From positions 12,497 to 76,496 of IMG/VR virus record IMGVR_UViG_3300013132_002633: a stretch of DNA of 64,000 nucleotides, one strand, 5' to 3'. The notes beneath the pieces are model-generated. The model saw only the letters and a program-made list of their open reading frames with translations, made no database searches and had not been told where the DNA came from. Within the stretch, counting starts at the first letter, position 1. Every line of letters begins with the position of its first letter. The stretch is from a virus. The translations under genes and the position numbers were made by a program. Shown one piece after another: positions 1 through 9,707 of the stretch.

Positions 1-2
1 TA

Positions 3-134
3 TATGGTACTATAGAAAAAGATGGAACTGTCACTTTGAATTCAAACAATGATTTCTCTACAAATGTACGATATGATGTAGATATAGCGGCATATGTAGA
101 TGAGTTAGCTAAAAAAATTAAACCAAACGAATAA
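3..134 (+). CDS. 3' end of a gene entering from the left, probably tail/baseplate-associated
   Basis: Open frame YGTIEKDG...KIKPNE ending TAA 132-134; function from context only. Confidence 0.45.
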   Translation, partial: YGTIEKDGTVTLNSNNDFSTNVRYDVDIAAYVDELAKKIKPNE

Positions 135-140
135 AACTCA

Positions 141-431
141 ATGAGGTATCAATTTACACCAACCGAAAAAAGATTTGATGGTAAGAATGTATATAAAACT
201 ACATATTATCCAAATATAGAAGAATCAAATGATGATTTTTATATTACGGCTAGCGAAGTCGATTATTTAGATTCTCTTGCAAAAAAATATTATGGCGACG
301 AGTCACTGTGGTGGATAATAGCACGTGCTAATAATTTGCCCGGATATAAATTAAGTATTGATACGAATAAACAAATACGTATACCTGGCAATATACAACT
401 TATACTACAAAACCTTAAAAATTTAAATTAA
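141..431 (+). CDS. LysM-like baseplate wedge/tail protein
   Basis: D-x-L-D-S-LA-x-KYYGD-x-x-LWWIIARAN...QIRIP pattern of LysM-type baseplate proteins. Confidence 0.75.
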   Translation: MRYQFTPTEKRFDGKNVYKTTYYPNIEESNDDFYITASEVDYLDSLAKKYYGDESLWWIIARANNLPGYKLSIDTNKQIRIPGNIQLILQNLKNLN

Positions 432-434
432 AAT

Positions 435-3400
435 ATGGCTGATCGGGAAATAGCAACAACTCCATTATGGTGGGAAATTCAAAATGTACCCACGCAAATG
501 ATAAGAGAGTTACGCCGCAGAAAAAACGGAACATCTTTTGGTTTTTCATATCCGAAAGATGTGACGACTATCAATTTTGATAATTCATATTCTTCATACA
601 AAGGTCCACTTACACCATGGGTTAGAGTTTTTTCAAACAGCACAGGAAAACCCTCTAACGTATTAACTCCGCCATCTGGATATTTAATTAGAAAAAATGA
701 TCCGCTTTTTCAAGGATATGATGGATTTATTTTAAAAGGCGGTGACGGTTTTTACGATGCTTTTGGTTATGATAACAATACCGGACTCAAAGACAACAAA
801 GACAAAAATGCTACAATTGGATATCAAGCCGATGGGAAGCCACATTATTTGAATGCGAATGTTACACAACTACAATATAGCACTACATCAGATCCAAAAT
901 TTCCACAGAATAATTCCGTACCCAGAATTTTACCACCTCCGGGAGTAACGTCTGTAAATGTAAAACAGAGTAAGGAATTTTTGACATTTGCAACTATTAA
1001 ATTCAAATGTTACAGTCTTGCACAACTTGAATATTTAACGCCATTTTTCTTAAACCCAGGAATAAACTTGTTTGTTGAATTTGGGTGGAATTTGTTTAAC
1101 CAAAAATCATTGGTAAATTTGAAAGAGCCAAACGATTGTTGGAAATTAATTTCAAAACCACAAACTGCACTTGATTTATCAAATTTATCAAATGGAAATT
1201 ATGGGTGCGTAACCGGAATTATAACCAAATATAAATTCAGCACCAATGACGGTTTTGTTTATGATTGTGATGTTGAAATGACATCGCGACAGGGACTTTA
1301 TGCTGGAATGAAAACTGATAACGTTGTTACGACTTCAATAAAATCGGAGCGAGAACAACAAGATGAAAAAGTATATTTAAATCTCAAAAATTTTTGCAAA
1401 ATATATCTACCGGCTATCAACGATGTAATAAAAAATAAACAAAATTTTTATATATACATCAAGAATAATTTTGAATTGATAGCTGATAAATATAGTAAAA
1501 GTAATAAAGGAAAAGAAGATGCAAATGCAAACGCCGAGCAAATTAAGGCACCTGTGGCTAGTATTATAAACAACGACACAAACGGCAAAGACGACAACAG
1601 ATTTTACGGCGGTAAATCAGAAGACAGAATATTTACAGGACGGCGAATTGATGTTTATGGAAAAGCTAAATCACCAGAGGACGCAGTAAAAGTAAATCAA
1701 GTATATGTCCCACCATCGCGTTCGCCCGTCGCCCTCGGTTACCTCGCGGGTGGAGAAATTAAGTATAAGGTAATTGAATATAAATTAAATGACAACAAAA
1801 AACAAATTTCATTTTTTGATCAACATGATTTTGATGCAAAAGATAATAATGATGAAGTTTGGCTACAATTGGATTTCGTATTTGAAATGTTTAATTTATT
1901 TATGTCAAATGGATTAGAGAGATTCAAAGTTGATATTAGTGATATTGTTATTAATGCACATCCCAATTTAATGCCATTAAATAAAGATTTATTGATTCCA
2001 AATCCGGTAAGTCCTAAAATAAATAAGGGTAGAAATAAAGGAATAAATCTTCAAGGTAAGCCAACTGGTTATTTAAAAAATGAGGCGAGTATAGTAGGAA
2101 AAAATAAATATTTAAACTTAAAAGCTGATATAGATATAAACAGTAACAAAATACAACGTGTATTAGAAAAACAAAAAAATAATGAGACTTTGACTGACGA
2201 AGACGGTTATATACTATCTTCTTTTGTAACCAAAAATAAATTCAAAACTCAGCTCTATGAAAGAGATAATATAGATACGATCATTAATTATTTATACTAT
2301 GACAGTAAACAAACTGGTGAACAAACCGGTCGTAACGAATTTGGATCTGCTGCATTTCCATTTTATAAAGAAAAAACTGTTGGTAATACTAAGTATAAAC
2401 CTTATTACTATGGTTATTTTAAAAATCTGTTAATAAGTAAAACTAAGTTGATAGAAATTGTTACACAATCAAAAACTAATAATTATAAAGACGTAATAAA
2501 AAGTTTATTGAATTTTATAAACAACTCGGTAGATGATTTTTGGAAATTAGATATAGTGGAAAGAACTGATGGCCAAGGTTTATCAATTGTAGATAAAAAT
2601 GGAGTGGGTAAGTTGAATGAAATATATATGTTTGATATTGCTAGCACCAACAATGTTATACGATCTATAAATTTTGATGTTAATACCAGCAATGAACAAG
2701 CTATAAATGTTTTGTTTGGAGGACCTGTTGATAAAAATACAACACAACAACTTAAAGATGATATTAAAAATACAAATACGACATCTCAATATGAGTCAGT
2801 TTATTCCAGGTTAACGAACGAGCCTTTATTGAAATTCGTAGATCGTATGGATAAATTTGAACTGCAAAACTTTTTGGCAAATCAAAGTGCATCAATAAAT
2901 ACGACAGTTGCGCCTGGTACTCCTGACGGATTAGTAGATGAAAACAATGATATAGCACATTTGCAAACATATGGACCTAACCAAGACGTGTTAACAATGC
3001 AGGTTAAATTTATTGATGAAAAACCATCAACACCCAATACAAATACGCCATTCCTCCAATCCATAGTGGATCAAGTATATCTGTATATTAAAAATATACA
3101 AGATGCCGAAGACAATTTAAATATAAAATTTTTGAACTGGCCAGAATCGATGAAAGGAATGTTGCGTGCAATATTGACAGATGGTGATATAGATAATAAC
3201 GTTAAATACAGTGGTGTGGCTGACAATTTTCAACTTACAATAGTATTTGACGGGTTGTTTGGATTTAGAAATTTACAATGTTTTGCAATTTCCAATTTAC
3301 CAAAGCCATATGTTCCTGGAAATGTAATATTTCAAATATTGGAAGCTGAACATAACATTGAATCTGGTAAATGGACAACAACGGTTACAGCGTTGGTGAG

Positions 3401-3440
3401 ATCTGTTGGTGGCAATAATTATGATTATATAACTGTATGA
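435..3440 (+). CDS. Large virion protein, probable baseplate hub/tail component
   Basis: 1001 aa, follows the LysM gene; PPPGVTSVNV, EFGW and C-terminal FQILEAEHNIESGKWTTTV resemble phage hub proteins. Confidence 0.5.
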   Translation: MADREIATTPLWWEIQNVPTQMIRELRRRKNGTSFGFSYPKDVTTINFDNSYSSYKGPLTPWVRVFSNSTGKPSNVLTPPSGYLIRKNDPLFQGYDGFILKGGDGFYDAFGYDNNTGLKDNKDKNATIGYQADGKPHYLNANVTQLQYSTTSDPKFPQNNSVPRILPPPGVTSVNVKQSKEFLTFATIKFKCYSLAQLEYLTPFFLNPGINLFVEFGWNLFNQKSLVNLKEPNDCWKLISKPQTALDLSNLSNGNYGCVTGIITKYKFSTNDGFVYDCDVEMTSRQGLYAGMKTDNVVTTSIKSEREQQDEKVYLNLKNFCKIYLPAINDVIKNKQNFYIYIKNNFELIADKYSKSNKGKEDANANAEQIKAPVASIINNDTNGKDDNRFYGGKSEDRIFTGRRIDVYGKAKSPEDAVKVNQVYVPPSRSPVALGYLAGGEIKYKVIEYKLNDNKKQISFFDQHDFDAKDNNDEVWLQLDFVFEMFNLFMSNGLERFKVDISDIVINAHPNLMPLNKDLLIPNPVSPKINKGRNKGINLQGKPTGYLKNEASIVGKNKYLNLKADIDINSNKIQRVLEKQKNNETLTDEDGYILSSFVTKNKFKTQLYERDNIDTIINYLYYDSKQTGEQTGRNEFGSAAFPFYKEKTVGNTKYKPYYYGYFKNLLISKTKLIEIVTQSKTNNYKDVIKSLLNFINNSVDDFWKLDIVERTDGQGLSIVDKNGVGKLNEIYMFDIASTNNVIRSINFDVNTSNEQAINVLFGGPVDKNTTQQLKDDIKNTNTTSQYESVYSRLTNEPLLKFVDRMDKFELQNFLANQSASINTTVAPGTPDGLVDENNDIAHLQTYGPNQDVLTMQVKFIDEKPSTPNTNTPFLQSIVDQVYLYIKNIQDAEDNLNIKFLNWPESMKGMLRAILTDGDIDNNVKYSGVADNFQLTIVFDGLFGFRNLQCFAISNLPKPYVPGNVIFQILEAEHNIESGKWTTTVTALVRSVGGNNYDYITV

Positions 3441-3820
3441 TAAACGACACTCCATCTTCATTAAGAAATATTATATCTGGATTTAACTATTATACTCCAT
3501 CTGTATATAAACCACATCCAGTCAAAAAAGATTATGACTTTGGGTATATAGACAGATACTTTGTTGCTAAAATAAATCAATCTGAATTAATGATGGAAAC
3601 TAGTATTAGAGATTACAATTCAACGGATGCAAGCTTGTATAAAAAAGCTACAATAAAGTGGAAAATATCTGGACCGGAATTCAATTTATATAAAGATAGA
3701 ATATTACAAACAGTTGGTGTTGTGGAATATAATAATAGAAGAATATCAGATGTTATTAAAATTTTTCCCGGTGCAAGTGTTATATTAAATAATCCAAAAC
3801 AATATTGGCGTGGCTTTTAA
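3437..3820 (+). CDS. Hypothetical phage protein in the structural module
   Basis: 127 aa, ATGA overlap with the upstream gene. Confidence 0.6.
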   Translation: MINDTPSSLRNIISGFNYYTPSVYKPHPVKKDYDFGYIDRYFVAKINQSELMMETSIRDYNSTDASLYKKATIKWKISGPEFNLYKDRILQTVGVVEYNNRRISDVIKIFPGASVILNNPKQYWRGF

Positions 3821-3849
3821 TTGACAATTAACGTACACGGTGATAGTTT
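3821..3849 (+). promoter_or_regulatory. sigma70-type promoter, probably leaderless
   Basis: TTGACA-17-TAGTTT with TG extension; GTG start 6 nt after the -10. Confidence 0.6.
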
Positions 3850-3855
3850 AATAGA

Positions 3856-5145
3856 GTGATATTAAGTGATAAAATATATTTAAAGTTTATAACAAAAAAT
3901 AAAAATAAACACGCAAAGTGTGATGATATTATCGCTGCATTTATTTATAATTTTGAAGATAAATCCAAGTATTACATAAATTTTAGCCACACTGATGTTG
4001 TGACTGATATGTCTTTTAATGAATTTAAAGACATGTTGAATAATTTGAACAATGTTTGTGTTTATGTAAATAACAAAAAGCGATATAGATATTGGTTAAG
4101 CTGTAATTTAATAGATATTAATTTATTTGAGTTTATCAAAAATAATTCACTGATTGAGTGGTGTGATGATGTAACTGAAAATTATATGTCTATATCATTT
4201 GGTAATGTTAATGATTATAATTTGATAATTCCATATGTAATACATCAACGAATTTTTGATACAGAAGTAAAACAAATTGAAAGTTTACACAAAGAAAAAA
4301 CGGATACATATTGTTTTAAGTTCTTTAATAACATTGTAACCGATGCGCTATTTGAGGTAGAAAAAAATGGTATAGCGATTGATAAAAATATATTTTGCAA
4401 ATATTTTACTGCTAAAACATCCGACAACTATGTTTATACTGATTATCATATTTATAATCCAACTGGCAGACCGAGTAATTGTTTTGATGGAATAAATTAT
4501 GCAGCTCTAAAAAAAGATGATGGTTCACGATCAAGTTTTATTTCTAGATATGATGGTGGATATTTGTTGATGGTTGACTTTACTGGGTTTCATCCATATA
4601 TTGTTTCAAATTTAATAGGTTATAAGGTACCTGAAAATGAAACAATATACGAACATCTGGCAAAGATGTATTATGAAATTGAAAATGTGACTGTTGATAT
4701 TATTACCAAAAGTAAAAAGTTAACTATGGTAAATTTATATGGTCAAATCAAAGAACAATATCTGAACATTGAGTTTTTTCGAAAAACTGAAGAACTCAAA
4801 GAAAAGTACTGGGTTTCTTTTTTGGAAAAGGGATATGTTACAACTCCAATTTATAAACGTAAAATAACCAATAAGCATGTATCGGATGCTAATAAAAACA
4901 AATTATTTGCATATGTTATACAAGCTGCGGAAACTGAATATGGAATGGATAGATTAAATGCTTGTATTAAATATTCATATAATAAACAAATTGTACCGAT
5001 ATTATATAACTATGATGCTATATTATTTGACGTTGGTAATGTAAAAGATGAAGAAATTGCCGACTTGGTAAACATAATTAAAAATAAAAAATTTAAGGTA
5101 AAAGTTTATAAAGGTAATAATTACAACGATTTAATTCAGATGTAA
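3856..5145 (+). CDS. Divergent family A DNA polymerase-like protein
   Basis: TGRPSN, motif A MVDFTGFHP, motif B KKLTMVNLYG, IQAAETE, motif C YNYDAILFD. Confidence 0.75.
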   Translation: MILSDKIYLKFITKNKNKHAKCDDIIAAFIYNFEDKSKYYINFSHTDVVTDMSFNEFKDMLNNLNNVCVYVNNKKRYRYWLSCNLIDINLFEFIKNNSLIEWCDDVTENYMSISFGNVNDYNLIIPYVIHQRIFDTEVKQIESLHKEKTDTYCFKFFNNIVTDALFEVEKNGIAIDKNIFCKYFTAKTSDNYVYTDYHIYNPTGRPSNCFDGINYAALKKDDGSRSSFISRYDGGYLLMVDFTGFHPYIVSNLIGYKVPENETIYEHLAKMYYEIENVTVDIITKSKKLTMVNLYGQIKEQYLNIEFFRKTEELKEKYWVSFLEKGYVTTPIYKRKITNKHVSDANKNKLFAYVIQAAETEYGMDRLNACIKYSYNKQIVPILYNYDAILFDVGNVKDEEIADLVNIIKNKKFKVKVYKGNNYNDLIQM

Positions 5146-5172
5146 ATATATTTATATATAAATTACATTTGA

Positions 5173-7539
5173 ATGAACTTTAAATCTGTATTAAATGATG
5201 TATGTTGTGACTCTAGAATCAAGAGCGGAATTTTAGATCTCAAAAACCCAGATCACGTATTTGTTTTGCAAGAATATCTGGAAAAGGTAGGCATTTCAAT
5301 TGATGAAATTGTCAATAAAACTGCTTCATTATTTGAAGCGGGTAGATTTCCAGAACGACAGGCATATAACAAAGATGGTATTTTAGTAACTTTTCCTAAT
5401 AAAGAGTATCGTACCCGTGCTATAAATAAAGGTACTCATTTTGCAGAAAATCCTAAAAAATCACAGAGTAACATTTTTACAACTCAACCTGTAGGTGACG
5501 CATCGAATTCACAGAATAAATCTAATGACATTCAATCTGTCGATAGTGAATTAGAAAAAAGTGCTGATACGAGTGTAGATATAGAAAGAGAGAGAACTCC
5601 GAAAGAACGTGTAATCGATGCGAATGATGTTGATTATATTTTAACAGGAGAAAGTCCATTGGTTAATTACAGTGTAGACGAAGCAAAAAGATTTGGATTT
5701 TACAATAAAGGATTAATTTGGTATGATGGCGACGGCAATTTAATCGGTGAACAGATATACGACGAGGTAAATAAAAAACCATTGATTAGGTTAAAAAAAG
5801 AAGCATCTTTGGCACAAATAACCACGAAGGCTTTAAAGAAAATTGACATTTTGGATACGGAATTTGCAGAAATTCTACAAATATTAAAAACTGGATCCGT
5901 TTCTGGTAAAGACGATACGTTCAAGACTGATATATACGAAACTTTACCATTGTTGGTATTATACAACATAGAACTGTCAAACGCTACAAGTTTAGGTGGA
6001 GATTCAATAAAAAGAGCTGTTGATTTTATATCAAGAGTGGGAAATTTAAAGTCTAAATTAGAGGCTATTACTGATCAAGTTAAACGAAAGGAAAATCTTA
6101 ATATTTATGAATTGGTTGTAAACAGTTTATACGAGATCGGCGGAAAAAATGGTGTTTCTTTAAAAGATATTCTAACCAATAATCCATCTGATTTTATACA
6201 TAAATCAATTGACGAGTTTTATAAAATCGCAAAAAATTACGATGAAAAGTTCAATGGTAGTGAAAAAGGAAAGAAAAACACCGCCGATATTATAATAATA
6301 TATGGTGGTACTAAAAACGATGTGTATGATGCGTTGAATTCTGGAAACATAGAAGATGTTACAAATGAATCGGTTGTTAAAATTAAAAATAAAAATATTT
6401 ATTTTGCATTGGTGAGTTTGAAAGCAATGTCTGGAAGAGTCGGACGTGTATTCACTCAGCTTAGAAATTATTTAGATGTTGATTTAGAAATACAACCGTC
6501 ATCTGAATATCAAAAAACATTAAAAGAAACTCGCCTGATACATGAGAGTTATTTTAACACGGTTAAAAATACATTTAATAATTTTATTGATAAATACAAA
6601 GAAATATCTGATGTTGTAAAAGTAAAATATCGTGATTTGATAGATAATTTTTCTAAACTGACTGGTGGATTTATCGATAAAATACGAAACGATTTATTTA
6701 CAAAATTAAATCAAGAAACCTCTGTAATAGAAAAAAATTCATTTAAAGAATTTAAAAAGTTGGAAGATTCTATAAAAAATGAGATTGGTAATTTAAATGA
6801 AAAAAGCAACACTTCGTGCGGATCGGATTCGGTTGAATTAACAACATCTCTTAGAAAAAATCTGTCGGATTATCAAAAACTATTATCTGCTACAAATACA
6901 GATTCAGTATTAATTGAAAAATTAATAACAAATTCAAAAAATCCAACGGTAACAAAATATTTTAAATTTGAGATTGACACTGCCAATCTTGATAAGATTA
7001 AAAATATAAAAAATGATATTAAATCATTATCAAAACGACTAGCAGATTCAGATATTAATTGTATTTCCAGAGAAGAATTATCTCCTGTATTGATGTATAG
7101 AAGTAATATACTAGCATTACAGTATATTGATTTAATAATGAATCGTATATTGCAGTACGTAAACTTATCGGATCCGGACAAAATTCAAAGTGAATTTTTA
7201 AAGCTAGCATCTGTTTTATCTACAGAGGCTATATTTGGAGGAAATGTAAGTTTGCCACTAATAAAATATACAGGCAATAAACTTGAAAGATTGGGTTATA
7301 AAAATCAATACAAAATTAAAGTTCCCGATAAAATACCAGATTTAAAACTTGGAAAACTATCAGTCAAACTAGAACCTGATTTAAATGCTTATATGATTAT
7401 AAATCTTTATTTATTTTATGGCATTGAAACAAACGACGATGAAGTTACTCCTACATATGTTTTATACGAAATGAGAACTGAGAGTGGTAGTAGTTTTACA
7501 TTTAAAGTTGAGGGAAATAAATTCGTAAATAAAATTTAA
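5173..7539 (+). CDS. Hypothetical protein, 788 aa
   Basis: Long ORF preceded by TATTTATA; NTADIIII...VSLK is faintly PD-(D/E)XK-like but not reliable. Confidence 0.6.
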   Translation: MNFKSVLNDVCCDSRIKSGILDLKNPDHVFVLQEYLEKVGISIDEIVNKTASLFEAGRFPERQAYNKDGILVTFPNKEYRTRAINKGTHFAENPKKSQSNIFTTQPVGDASNSQNKSNDIQSVDSELEKSADTSVDIERERTPKERVIDANDVDYILTGESPLVNYSVDEAKRFGFYNKGLIWYDGDGNLIGEQIYDEVNKKPLIRLKKEASLAQITTKALKKIDILDTEFAEILQILKTGSVSGKDDTFKTDIYETLPLLVLYNIELSNATSLGGDSIKRAVDFISRVGNLKSKLEAITDQVKRKENLNIYELVVNSLYEIGGKNGVSLKDILTNNPSDFIHKSIDEFYKIAKNYDEKFNGSEKGKKNTADIIIIYGGTKNDVYDALNSGNIEDVTNESVVKIKNKNIYFALVSLKAMSGRVGRVFTQLRNYLDVDLEIQPSSEYQKTLKETRLIHESYFNTVKNTFNNFIDKYKEISDVVKVKYRDLIDNFSKLTGGFIDKIRNDLFTKLNQETSVIEKNSFKEFKKLEDSIKNEIGNLNEKSNTSCGSDSVELTTSLRKNLSDYQKLLSATNTDSVLIEKLITNSKNPTVTKYFKFEIDTANLDKIKNIKNDIKSLSKRLADSDINCISREELSPVLMYRSNILALQYIDLIMNRILQYVNLSDPDKIQSEFLKLASVLSTEAIFGGNVSLPLIKYTGNKLERLGYKNQYKIKVPDKIPDLKLGKLSVKLEPDLNAYMIINLYLFYGIETNDDEVTPTYVLYEMRTESGSSFTFKVEGNKFVNKI

Positions 7540-7540
7540 T

Positions 7541-7936
7541 ATGATAGCTCAAAAACAATTACTATGTACATTTGCTAATAATTTAAATTATCAAACGTTG
7601 ATAACTGAAATAACAAATCAATACAATTTAACCGACCATAAGATTTTTATATTTGTAAATGAAAAAAATTTAAGAGAATTGTTTTTGACATTTAACGTAA
7701 TTAAAAACGATCATATCAAAAAGTATAAAGGTACTATAAGTATTCATCGTAAAAAACAAACAAATACGCTTTATACGTTGAATGCTATGAACAAACTGAT
7801 AGCCGATGAAAATGCGGGTGTTTTTGATAAAAATTTCCAATTAAACTGGAACTTGTATGCAGATTCGTTGATACTAACGAATGATGTGGGGGTTAAAATC
7901 GTGCCATTAAAATTATTTTCAATCGTTCCAACTTAA
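7541..7936 (+). CDS. Hypothetical phage protein upstream of ssb
   Basis: 131 aa ORF, QLLCTF...TISIHRKKQTNTLYTLNAMN. Confidence 0.6.
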   Translation: MIAQKQLLCTFANNLNYQTLITEITNQYNLTDHKIFIFVNEKNLRELFLTFNVIKNDHIKKYKGTISIHRKKQTNTLYTLNAMNKLIADENAGVFDKNFQLNWNLYADSLILTNDVGVKIVPLKLFSIVPT

Positions 7937-7952
7937 TATATATTCAGTACAC

Positions 7953-7981
7953 TTGACTTCGTTTTATATATGGTATAAAGT
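7953..7981 (+). promoter_or_regulatory. sigma70-type promoter for ssb
   Basis: TTGACT-17-TAAAGT, overlapping TGGTATAAA. Confidence 0.5.
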
Positions 7982-8065
7982 GATATCAAGTTAGTTATAT
8001 TTCTTAACTTGGGTAAGTTAAGTACTTAACTAATTAACAAATAAACAATTAACTATTAAATAATT

Positions 8066-8899
8066 ATGGCATTAGATATTAGCAAGCTAAAGAGCCGTTT
8101 GAACTCTCTTTCAAACACAAATCAAAAATCCAACCTTATCTGGAAGCCCAAGCCTGGCAAACAGGTAGTTCGTATTGTTCCTTATAAGTTTGTACCTGAA
8201 AACCCTTTTATTGAACTCAAGTTTCATTATAACTTGAACGGTAAGAGTTATCTATCTCCTGATAGTTTTGGTCGCCCCGATCCTATCGTTGAGTTTAGTA
8301 ACCGTCTAAAAAAGACTGGTGATAAAGAAGACTGGAAGACTGGTCGTAAAATGGAGCCAAAGATGCGAACGTTCGCTCCCGTAATTGTACGTGGAGAAGA
8401 ACATGAAGGAGTAAAGTTTTGGGGTTTTGGTAAACAAGTTTATCAGGAACTATTGTCTATAATCAGTGATCCTGATTTTGGTGATATTACTGACTTAACT
8501 AGTGGGCGTGATATAGTTGTAGAGTTTAAAACGGGTGATGAATCTGGTAAGACATACCCAGAAACAAACATTCGTGTAAAACCAAATGTTAGTGTTGCAG
8601 TTGATCCTAAAAATTCTCAATTGATTGATTCTCTTAAAAACCAAATTAATATTTTGGATTTGTTCCCAGAGTTGACATATGACGAATTGGAGGACGTTAT
8701 GGATAAGTGGTTGAATCCTGAAGTTTCAACAGAAACTACAGACGACACTTCTGTATCAACTTCAACTGATGACGATGATGTGCCGATTACATCAAATGTA
8801 AAACCGGTTGACGTATCTCCATCGGCTAATAAAGCAAAAACCAATGTTCCCGCAAAAGACAATGTTGAACAAGCATTCGATGACTTGTTTAATTCTTAA
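8066..8899 (+). CDS. Single-stranded DNA-binding protein (T4 gp32-like)
   Basis: WKPKPG-VRIVP, FHY, GVKFWGFGK-VY, DITD-SGRD, acidic tail ending AFDDLFNS; adjacent to the recombinase. Confidence 0.85.
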   Translation: MALDISKLKSRLNSLSNTNQKSNLIWKPKPGKQVVRIVPYKFVPENPFIELKFHYNLNGKSYLSPDSFGRPDPIVEFSNRLKKTGDKEDWKTGRKMEPKMRTFAPVIVRGEEHEGVKFWGFGKQVYQELLSIISDPDFGDITDLTSGRDIVVEFKTGDESGKTYPETNIRVKPNVSVAVDPKNSQLIDSLKNQINILDLFPELTYDELEDVMDKWLNPEVSTETTDDTSVSTSTDDDDVPITSNVKPVDVSPSANKAKTNVPAKDNVEQAFDDLFNS

Positions 8900-8909
8900 A
8901 CAATAAAAT

Positions 8910-8943
8910 AAAGCCGGTGGAGTTTTTATACCCCACCGGCTTT
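8910..8943 (+). terminator. Intrinsic terminator-like hairpin after ssb
   Basis: AAAGCCGGTGG / CCACCGGCTTT 11-bp stem. Confidence 0.7.
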
Positions 8944-8958
8944 CTAGTTATATACACT

Positions 8959-9252
8959 ATGGCAAAAAAATCTACAGTTTCAAAAGAATCTACACAACGA
9001 GATGAATTAATTGAGTTGTTGGCAAGTGAGCTTAATAAAGCAAATAAAGAAGGTGGCAAGATTGCATACTTTTTAGATGAACAAGAAAATCCAGCAGAAA
9101 TTAGTGATTGGATTAGCACAGGATCATCTATATTGGATTTAGCAATCAGTAACCGTCCGCACGGTGGTCTTCCAGTTGGCAAGATGGTTGAATTCAACGG
9201 ATTGGAAGGATGCGTAACCGAAGACACTATAATAAAAGTTATTATTGAATAA
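8959..9252 (+). CDS. recA: RecA/UvsX piece 1: 84-aa N-extein plus 13-aa N-intein
   Basis: WISTGSSILDLAIS...GGLPVGKMVEFNGLEG, then CVTEDTIIKVIIE*; likely start ATG 8959 because the track start lies inside the terminator. Confidence 0.9.
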   Translation: MAKKSTVSKESTQRDELIELLASELNKANKEGGKIAYFLDEQENPAEISDWISTGSSILDLAISNRPHGGLPVGKMVEFNGLEGCVTEDTIIKVIIE

Positions 9253-9707
9253 AAATCTCCAATCCAACTATTAAAAGAAAAAAATCTGATGATAGATTTA
9301 GAAAATTTGGAAAAATTAAAAAGAAATTTATGAATAGAATAGTAAAAGAAATAAAAGTTGGTGATGTTTTATCTCTCTTAGCAGAAGGTAAAAATATTAA
9401 AGTATTGACTCGTAACAACGAGTATGTAAACATTACAAATTATGTAGATAAAGGATTATTAGATACATTTAAAGTTACATTAGATAATGGATTTACAATA
9501 AAGGTCTCTAGAGAACATAAATTTTTTACAAATGTTGGTTGGGTAGAACAGAGAAATTTAATTAAAGAAAATCACAAAATCTTTTGTGAAGATGGTGAAT
9601 ATCGTACAATACAAGATATAGAATATATTGGAAAACACAAAATTGTAGATATCACCGTTGATTCAGATGATCATTCGTATTTTGGAAATGGTATGCTTAA
9701 TCATAAT
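9211..9707 (+). mobile_element. Atypically split intein RecA-1 (IntN 9211-9249, 13 aa; IntC 9330-9707, 126 aa) in Walker A
   Basis: Cys1 block A; IntC holds block B VSREHKFF, block F IVDITV..HSYFGNG and terminal HN followed by +1 Thr; splicing restores GLEG|TGKS. Confidence 0.88.

Noticed and set aside
9246-9330. Programmed -1 frameshift joining RecA pieces 1 and 2
   Set aside because: The piece-2 frame opens only at 9249, one base before the stop, with no slippery heptamer. Not fully excluded, but trans-splicing is simpler.
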